Shown here in pieces: positions 54,288-64,000 of a stretch of DNA of 64,000 nt; positions within the stretch are counted from its first letter, which is position 1; the number at the start of each line of letters is the position of its first letter. Source of the stretch: Paramecium tetraurelia (taxonomy: Eukaryota); NCBI GenBank assembly GCA_000165425.1, contig CT868019.1, positions 248,001 through 312,000 on the forward strand, read 5' to 3'. Under the pieces are notes generated by a model. That model made no database searches, was not told the origin of the DNA, and saw only the letters and a list, made by a program, of their open reading frames with translations. A program made the position numbers and the translations under genes.

Positions 54288-55820
54288 ATGAATAACAAAC
54301 AAGACATTGCCAACTGTAAATTCTGCAAATTCAGGTAGATCAGAATTATGGAGAAGGAGATACATGAAAAGTATTCGATAAATATGAAGGAATAGATACT
54401 TTGAGTAGTTCAACTTCTACTTTGCTAAGCCGATAACAGAAATATTAGCAAATGTTCCTGTGGATCATGTCATTCTGTTTAAAGACTAATTGTACTTGCA
54501 TGATGAAAACGAATATATGAAGCGGTTTTATTAAAGGGAAGAGTAAGATCCGAGGTTAAATTTACTTTGCAATTTCTACTTTGAGTAACATAAAGTAAAT
54601 CATGAAACATTATACAACAATAGATGATATAACCAAATCTATGTAAAGTTAATGCTCATAAGTTTATGGAGAAGAGATAGAATAAATTGCTAAAATTACA
54701 ATAAAAAGCATAAAATAGTTAGAACCAACAACCAATTACTAAGAAGATGATTCCAGATCATATTTTTAGTGAAAATTATGTTGAATCCGTATCTGAGTAG
54801 TATCGACATACTTATTTAGTTCCTATCCGAAGGAACAAATTTCTTGGGACAGCAAATCTCATAATATCTATGAGGTATCATAAGTTGAAGCATAGAAATC
54901 AATACCAATCAACAAACCAACATAATAATGCTAATGTTCAATTGTCAATATATCTGGAGATCATAACAAATTGTTTAATTGTTAAAATGACCAAGAACTA
55001 GATAATGTCTTTAATGATCTAAATGGATAAACATCAAGGAATTTGTCAGCTGTAACTAAGGTTCCACTTAAGAAGAAACCCCCCTCAAGTTCGAATGCTA
55101 AGAAGAACCCTCCATCTCAATTATCTCAATAGCCTAAGATACCAGTTCCCCCTTTGAAACTACAAGAAAGTGCCAAATCTTCAACTACAGCATGTCCAAA
55201 TAATAACAAATCCACGAGCATCCAATCATTAATGAAGAAATACGATCAAATATTACAAAAGCGATTCTAAGTCAAGGAAATACTCACAGAACGCAATGAC
55301 ACTCGCTATGGTCCAGGTTATGGTACAAGCTGTGGTGTTGGTACTGTTAGAGGTGAAGGTGGATCATCAAAAAAGCAAATAACAGATGAAATGCTGCTTA
55401 AACTTATTTAAAATATGAAGAAATCCAAAAATAAATCTGATAACTACCAATTTCATGCATCATACAAGAGTGTCGTCTAATAAGCATAAAGTGGACCCAC
55501 TCAATCATGTACATTTGAGAAGGAAAATGAGAAGAAGAAAAAATATCAAGTTTATTTGGTATAGTTTAATTATTAATAGGATAGCCGAAATAGATAAAGA
55601 AGAATCCTTCGCAGATGTCTTCACCCACCACTGTTTAGAAGTAAGGGATTTAAGTTATGTTAGTACTTGTTCTCCTTCTATGTTGTTGAGGTCACTATCA
55701 AATCCATCGATGGCTCCTTCACCGTTGCGGAGACTGGAAATAAAAGTCAATCTTAATAAGTTAATTCAATAGTAAGAACAGGAAATTGGGTATTGGACTT
55801 AAAGATGCAAAGTTCGTTGA
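54288..55820 (+). CDS. Ciliate-family hypothetical protein
   Basis: FNFYFAKPITEILANVPVDHVILFKDQLYLHDENEYMKRFY followed by an S/P/K-rich low-complexity region. Confidence 0.65.
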
Positions 55821-55909
55821 GTTTCATTTAGTCGATTAGTTGATTAAAATACAAATTGTGTTTTATAAATTTATTTTAATATACTAACTACCTTAAAATC
55901 AAATTAAGG

Positions 55910-56865
55910 ATGAGCATTAATTATGCCTGTAATGTATTTTAGCCATATTTAAAGAGTTAAGAAAATCCGGCAGAAGACAATCCGTAAACACAGACTTCAT
56001 GCAATATCACAAACTATCTTAAGTATTTAATTGTGAAGTATATAAGGATAAGACTTTCACAGAATCCTTTCCCGTATCGCTTCAAAGAACTAAACCCAAC
56101 TTCAAGAATCAACTATCGTAACTAGAATTGTATGATTGATTATAATAATTAAGCGATGATCATTAAATTGACTTCAAGAATCACCCATTTACATTTTAGG
56201 ACAAGATCAATTAGAAAACAGAAGTAACCAAAAAGAAATTCGTGTTTGATGAGCATCAATCAACCAAACAAGGAGAGTTTAAGAATTTTATGAGTGCAAT
56301 GGATGATTATATTAACCTTTTAAATGAAAGTTCTGATTGCTTAACTTTGAATTCAGAAAATTACAGTTAGTTAGAAAACATCCTATTTGCCAAATTCAAC
56401 ATTATCAGATAGAAACACGAGGAGTTGAACAAAAAATACAAGATGGCATAATAGAATTTTAAAGCTCAAAGATACTAAAATTAGTTACTCAAAAAGTAAA
56501 TTGTGGAGATTCATTCTTTATTGGAAGAGGAAAGATAGAAAAATTATGTGTTGTAAGATGCCAACGAGAAATTGAAAAAGAAGTATAGAGATTTATAAAA
56601 TAAAACGCAATTTGTTCAAAATTCATTTATTTAAGATAGAATGAAATTCGATCATAAACGATAGAATTAATTTTAATAAAGCATATCAGTAGATGAAACT
56701 GATAGAGGTACAACATAGCAAACTTATGAAACAAATGATGATTAATAAAATGTAACTAAATTCTTAAAAACTTAAATGCGAAAATTGAGATAGAACAATT
56801 AATAAATTGATGATTATTCTCGTCTATATAAAAAAATTAGTGAACATAATAATGATGACTTTTGA
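55910..56865 (+). CDS. Hypothetical coiled-coil protein
   Basis: MSINYA|QLRKS with intron near 55929; heptad repeats; TGA 56863-56865. Confidence 0.65.
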
Positions 56866-57488
56866 TTAATTTAATTTATTATATAAAGCTGTATTACTGT
56901 ATTACTTGACTATAGATGAACACTTAACAATTGATTTTTATATACAATTTAATTTATATATTATATCAATTCTACTAAAGAATAGCATCTTCAAACTCAG
57001 GATAATTATTCTAAGAACTTTATAATCTCTGAATTATCAAATCTATGTGATTTATTGTAAGATTGAGATATAGATGAACAAATATGAGTTGAGAGTAGGA
57101 AAGTTAAAAGTAATTCTGAAATTTTATATAGTTCATAAATATGAGGAGGAGGAGTAATAAGAATAAAAATTAAAATAGGATTCTTGATTTATAGTTAGTT
57201 TAAATGATATAATTATTAGATGAAATATTTTATAAAACTTTCGTAGTTTTAAACTCTTAAATCAAGCATTATTATATTATGCATCCAAAACTTATTAGAT
57301 TTAGATTGATGAATATGATATTGAAAGGTAGAAATTATATAAAAAGAATAGGACAAGGAAACAATACAATAATGAAGATATTACAAAGAATATGCCTGTA
57401 TTTAGATACAATTTAATGAGATACTCTAATAGAGTGAGGTTAAAAATAATTAAAGAATGTAATCATAATACTTTGAATGAATATATCA

Positions 57489-60400
57489 TCATTATAATAT
57501 GCACGTAATGAATATTAAAATACTGATTAAAGGTGCATAAGACTGTGCTGGTTGATTGTACTCTAGAATTAATAGTTATGTGTCTTGATACTATTGTGAA
57601 AGACAGTTAGCCTAAATAGGTGAACTTGACCATTATAAAAAGTATTTGAATGAAGTACTATTGTAAGGTTGTACACTGAATTGATAAGTCGATTCTGCAT
57701 TTTGAAGTAGAATAAATTATTCTAATTTAATTCCATTTCCTGTGATACCACGTCTTAAATTGATGGGAGATGAAAAATCTAATTGCGAGATGAATTTTTG
57801 AATTCCAATAAACACAAGCGTGTTTTTGTTATTATTGGTAATACTAATGTTGATATAATTCTATGTCATATTGGCTGTAAGAGTAATTTAATTTTATGCA
57901 GCTGAATAACTAGCTTCGGTGTAATTGACAATCGTAATAAAACGAAGCAAATATGATATTTCTGGATCTGCAGTCGTATTCGTTATTTTCTTGGCAAGTT
58001 TTTAAATAGCCGTTGTATCATTAGCTAATTTACTGATGAATTAATATGTCTTAGCTATTACATCTATGTTCTGTGATGTTAGATAATTATTTAAATAGAA
58101 ATAATAGTTGATATTTGAAGTGGATTCAACCAAAGTCGTGTTTGCGATTCCCTCATAGGATTCATTTAAACTAAGGACATCAGACCATGATTTCTTATTG
58201 TAATACAGTAGATTAGGATTACAGATTTGACATTGTACATCTGTAACATGATGGATGTTGAATAGTAGCAATTCTTTGATACTACATATGAGATTGTTCA
58301 CCTGATTAATAGAAATTTACCTTGAGAATTGCATAATGACGAGAGAATGATTTCTCGTTATTATATTATTGGATTTAGATAAATCGTGAGTTTTTATACT
58401 AGAAATCTTGCCATATTGATTTTTACAAGCAATTTATATTTGCATATCTTGTTCTACTTTATTTAGTTTGATGACTTTATTTGAATTCTTCAGAATACTA
58501 GACATGTAATTAACTTTGTCTTCCCCTATGATTCCGTATAGTATTTATCTAGAGTACAAAGAAGATTGATAAGTAGGTGACACAGTACTTTCCTTTTGTT
58601 TATAATACTATAGATATTAATTCAATGGATTTAGATATTGATACAATCTATATTTGTATAAATTGACATCAATGGAGTAATCTGCAATTATAATTTGTCT
58701 GTTCCTCTAGATATTGAAGGTGTTAGTGAGAGCACTCTTTGGACATATAGACCATAATAGTTATCCATCCATTGAACAATTGACTGTAATTTATGTTGAA
58801 TTAGCATCGATAATAGAATTAACCACTAACTCCTCAGTATTGCTATTCTTAATAACTAATAAGGAAATGGAATCAATTGAGAAAATGTTGGCTTCTTATC
58901 CTGTTAATTAGAATGTCACACTGATTTCATCCCCAATTGATCCTTGACTGGAGGCTTCCAATTGCATATAATAACTTAATTGTTCTCGTGGATTGCCAGA
59001 ATAGAATTGTTGAAGCTGTTTAATACTCATTATAATAGGTGCAGGAGTGATAATGGGATCCTTCACTATAGGTTGGATGTAAAGTTCTGAGGTTGGAATA
59101 CAGGTTGTTTGGAAATAGATTGGTTATGATTTGCCTTCTAAGGGTATTTTGTCACTTGAGATGCTGACAAATATGTGACATTGCTTTTAGGTGTCAATTT
59201 ACAATGCTATTGTAGGTATTATGGAATAATAGTCTATGATTGAGTAACCTTCAACACTGATGGTCTCCTTTTTAGTGGTTCTCTTATCAGTAATCTCTCT
59301 GTCGAAATTCAGATAATAAATCCCACTTCCTACGTCTTGTTTGGAAGATATATGGAAATAATATCCATAGTCTCCTATCTCTATAGTCATGGTGTTAGTG
59401 AGTAACTTAGTGATCTAATATGTTTCTTTGGTGACATCCTCTTCCAAATTTGGATCTACCAATTATATGTAATTGATTCCCAAATTATTATATTTATAAA
59501 TATTGGACACTACTTCATTTGTACCGAAAATGTTTATAGTATTCTAAGTTATACTTATGTTGACTTGTCTATCAAATTAGGTTTGCTGAGTGTTCAAACC
59601 CAGAAACAAATAAATGTCTTATTCGACAACTCCTTTGTAGATAGTGAAAGTGGGATATTGAGTCTGTCCAATCAACGGAATCAACTTTTCATATGAGTTT
59701 TCCTGTTTATTGTAGATGTACCACTAGAATTGTTACTGATTATCTTGTTATTTGAACACTAATGGATTAGGCAAATACTAGATGCAAGGTGGAGCAATGT
59801 AGTTGATCGTTTGCATATTCAAGTCAGTAATAAAGAATTGCACTTCAAATGGGAAATATTGTTATAGGGTATTCAATGACACCAAGTCAGGAGTGATCAA
59901 TGATCGGATTTCCAATTGATATTATTACTATTACCTTGAATTGACTGGATCATAGATCAGATTGATCTTAATTAGTTCTTCTCGCATAAATATACAAGAA
60001 CTGGTATAATTAGTTTTAGTATTATCATTCAGTCGATACAATCTGCATTCTATTGTCAAATTGCTCACTCTTTTTTAAGGGACTCTAAACTCCTCTCCCA
60101 ATTATATTACTATACATTTATCGAAGTTTATCGTTCTGATTGGAGCAGTAAAGTTCACTTTTAAATAGACTTTATTGATTCTTGAAATGTACTAAGAAAA
60201 CTAGACACTGGCATACGGCAACAACCCTGGCAGAGTGGTTTGTATTGGTATATCAATAATATAAGATTGTTCTGAAAAAACCTCCTTGTTGTTTGCCAAT
60301 TGCGATCCTATCCAAATCTTGCCAAATCCATCCAAAGATTTTGGTTAAATGATTGGTCCGATGCTTATATTATACAATTTGTTTGGGTTCATACGAGAAT

Positions 60401-63400
60401 AGAATTATTATTATGGCAATAAGATGATCCTTCTTTTGTTCATGGTGCACTCTACATTGACTTCATTGATTGAACAAAAGAGATGCTGAGGTCTAACTAC
60501 TTATCCTGCTGATAATTCTATGTAGATTTGATCATTATAAGTCATGTTGGTTCTTGATGGTGTAAATTGAAATTAATAATAGGCTCCAATACCTGCCACG
60601 TTAAGTAACTTAACCAATTTAGGAATCGTTGTGTAAGTTTTCTCAGAGATGAAGTTTAATGAGCTGTATTCGATGTTTGCAGATTGTAATCCTGTATATT
60701 TGTTATCAATGGAAGCATCATAATAGGCCCATATCAACATCAGATCTTCAGTGTTAGTGCCATCTGGATTTCTGATATTAGTGCATTTAATTTGGTACAT
60801 TTGCACTGAAGAATAATACAAGGTTTTCAATTCAAAGACTAGTTACTTATTGGACGAATCATATTTTAATGAATTCCAATGATGATTCAATGATCCATCA
60901 TCATTATAAAATAAACATCTGTGATTTTAGGCAGACAACAATTACAAATTTGTAGATGCCATAAATCCTAGTTGTAATTGCATGCATTGGTGAAATTACA
61001 GATTGACTCTGTTATTAATCTAAAATTTCATCTGCATAGCTGATTTACTATTCTAATATTGATTTTCTAATTTGAAATCAACCAACATTAGATTTTTCAA
61101 CAAAGTCTAATCTGAAAAACTTAATGCCCCATCAGTTGCACATTACTCTACTATGTTTGTGTCAGTATTGATAGTCAATCTAGCTTAAAATGATTACACA
61201 TCTGTATCTAGTCCAGAATGAGAAACATAAAATACTATCTAAACCGAATCCTATATTAAGTAATAATCACTATTGTCATCCGTAGCAATGATCTAAGACT
61301 TAAACTTTATGATATTCCCACTACTTATTACACTGCATGCAATAAATAGATGTCTATTGAAATAACTACAAAATGAATCTATGCTCAACCCATTTGGTAA
61401 TGCACTCAATTCCAAAATCACATAGAATATTTAATTCAAGGTAAATTTGTAATTTAATGTTGTTTTAAATGTGATACTCTATTCTTACACTTTGCTATTT
61501 GGAAAGATCGGTACCCAATCGGTAACTGTGCAACTCGTGATGAATGCATCATTCTAACTAGATTATATCTCATTCTAAAAAGCAACCATATTGCCAACAT
61601 TGTTAGAAAAAGCATATTTAAAATCAGATAACGCTGTTCCACCACCCCATTTCGTGGGTACAATAAATGATCCTGTAAGTGACCCAGATGCTTCAATATA
61701 AGTAACTTAGTCATAAGGACAAAATATGATGTCTTAAGCCTTGATGCACTTACCTCCCAACCAGGTAGTTGGAGTGAAATTCAAGGCATTTGACATCAAA
61801 AACCCACATCCCCATAATTGTAAACTATTTGCTGTTACTAAATTACTGGAATCAGTATGTGATGTTTAGATGGTAAGATCTATGGTACTACCTGGTTTAA
61901 TTTTTGTGATATCACTAATTTTATAGGTGGCAACCACATTGCCACCAGCTAATAAAGAATTCCAATCGTTGTTGTTATCCCAATTGCTTGATGGAAACTA
62001 TATTCCAAAACTTTTATAGTATGTACTACCAGTAGCCATATTATTAATAAACCATGCTCCTCCAAATATTCTTTCAGCATATACCACATCAAATCCATTA
62101 GTGTCTGCATTTAATTACAATGAACCTACAACAATGGATTCTGGTTTGATTCCATAATTACGTAATCCAACGATCAAATCAAATGCTGTTGATCCTGTAA
62201 AATCTTTAAGCAAAATCATTCTTTGATTACTGTATATATCTGAATAAGTATGTGTTGTGCCAGTTCCTCTGTGACCATACCAAATACAATTATCAATAGA
62301 GCATAACTTCTTACTAGTTGTAGATGTTCCTAGATCATCATTCTCTTCTTGCAGTTGCATTGAATCAATCAGAACAGTTTCAACAGATCCGTCCAAAAAT
62401 ATACCAACATGTTCATTTGATTATGTAACCTATCCTAGCAATCGTAGAAATGTCGGAATTTTTTCACCCTTATTTTATCCAGTTATCGTACCAGCTCCTG
62501 ATCCAGCTGTGATGTAATTCACATATGAGGCAGATAATGTTTTTGAGTCTGTCCCTATGACGTAACCATGAATTAACTATTAACTCACTAGAGTAGCCAT
62601 TGATTCTGAAGAACCAGTTGGAGCCTAATAGAATGCTACTATAAAGTCTAACAAAGTATCCGAAGGGTATAAGGATGGATACTTTTATATTTCAGCAATA
62701 AAACCAAATCCCTTGCCTCCGTTGAGCAGTTGAGTACATGAGTTATAATTCTTGGAGCATTTCATTGATAAATAAACATCATTGTCATTATATTATTTTA
62801 ATGACGAAGTACACTAGGTACATGCACTTGATTATTCTAATGAGACTGTGGCTTCATCATATTTGATGTTTTTTTTATTAAATAGCACTTTCATAAATAA
62901 TTCTGGTTATTGTCCTGCACTGCAATAGGAATATGAAGATGAGCACATTTAATTTGGTAATACTTTGAGATAGAAAATGATTCTCTGTGATCCAGTCTTC
63001 AAACCAACGGTTCTTGTGTTGCCAATAGAATATGCTGTTGCAAATGTTGCTGTGCTATCTCCAAAGGCTACAAAATTGTACCCCCAATTGGTTAGACCTT
63101 AGGCAGCAGGATCAATAAATTCCTAACTTGTTTGCACTTTGAGATTTTTACCTGTTGGTCCAGCTAATACGTAGGTTTTATAAGGTTTTGTATCTCTTGT
63201 AACTGATTTTATCGTTACTCTTGCAAAATTAGTTTATGTGGATGTTGCTGTTGAAGTGAATGCACATTTGAATGTCACAAAATAATTGAAATTGTCTTTT
63301 AGAGAAGTAACATGTTTGCAGTAGATTTATTATTCAGTTTTCCTGAAATAGCATTTTACAGCTGAACCTAAATTATGGGCTATTGATGCCTGTAAGACAG

Positions 63401-64000
63401 CATCTGCATCTCCTGTGGTAATAGTTATCAGTTGTTCTGAGGCAGGAGTAGGAGAACTAAGTGAGAATTAAACCTTCACACTATTGAATGGATAACCCAC
63501 AGAGCCAGTGGCTGGTTTATACAGAGTTATCAATTGATCATCCATAGGAATGCCCCAAAGTAAAAAAATATCGACAGTTAGTGACAATTTGGTAAGCTTA
63601 ATTTGATCTTTCTTGACACCGTATTCAAGATAGCCATTTCCAACTATGGAGTAGACAGTAATGGGAGTAGATTAAGTAGCACTGAATAATATTTTACTAT
63701 TTTCAATTTTTGTAGTAATAGTTGATGAGAGTTTTTCTTTTGCCAGATCAATACTGCATTGAATACTCATTATATTAGTTGATGCTATTGTACAAGAACA
63801 ACCACTGGAAATTTCACATTCAGTTATTTCATCCATCATCAAAAATTAATAGTTAGAGTCTATTTCAATGATGAATTAAGACTTTTGACCAATAGAAACA
63901 GTTGGTGTAATTGTAATAGTAACAAGTTAAGACAGGCCTATTTTGGCTGGTTCATAGGAGAGATCCAATTTTAAGGATTAAGGGGGCAAGGCTTAGAGTG
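57489..64000 (-). CDS. Giant beta-rich, probably GPI-anchored surface protein (>2160 aa; 5' end outside window)
   Basis: ORF-track fragments ending at 62396, 60830, 59390 and 58301 and the window edge share one frame; S/T/Y/I-rich with scattered Cys; ends QSYAPLISILIFITCILQ*. Confidence 0.75.

Noticed and set aside
56966..57488. Extending the giant gene by a 34-nt intron into a hydrophobic C-terminus (PKD1-like model)
   Set aside because: The intron would be atypically long, the upstream TGA follows a good GPI-like tail, and the strand bias here favours a plus-strand gene or relic; unresolved without RNA-seq
1..64000. CRISPR arrays, rRNA, tRNA, telomeric repeats, prokaryotic operons or defence systems
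   Set aside because: None seen; the sequence is eukaryotic, and the bacterial-like genes carry ciliate introns and code

Overview
AT-rich ciliate macronuclear DNA, most likely Paramecium (aurelia complex). TAA/TAG read as Gln and only TGA stops, introns are about 20-30 nt GT..AG, and intergenic spacers are mostly short. The supplied ORF track uses the standard code, so it fragments real genes. Re-reading by hand with code 6 gives about 30 genes: a CNG/EAG-type K+ channel (interrupted by a 382-nt N gap), a PKD2-like channel, Fip1-like, HemK2/N6AMT1, RPL37A, SAS-6, an intronless 1964-aa Cys-repeat surface-antigen-family gene, a syntaxin, an AGC kinase, RPS8, a hybrid histidine kinase, an SLC33/AmpG-like MFS transporter, a bacterial-type RsmB/Sun methyltransferase, RPS9, SPT4, TLDc-like, COG6-like, a kelch phosphatase (PPKL/BSU1), a two-TM protein with DEG/ENaC-like topology, a giant (>2100 aa) probably GPI-anchored protein, and several hypotheticals. 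The most notable observations are a PPKL with three catalytic-motif substitutions (probable pseudophosphatase), an eL43 that has lost three of four Zn-ribbon cysteines, a Chlamydiae-like RsmB carrying ciliate introns, a decayed CKS1 copy and a compact SPT4. No mobile element, CRISPR, rRNA, tRNA or telomere is evident, and I see no convincing multi-gene novel system. Boundaries were derived by eye and may be off by a few nt.
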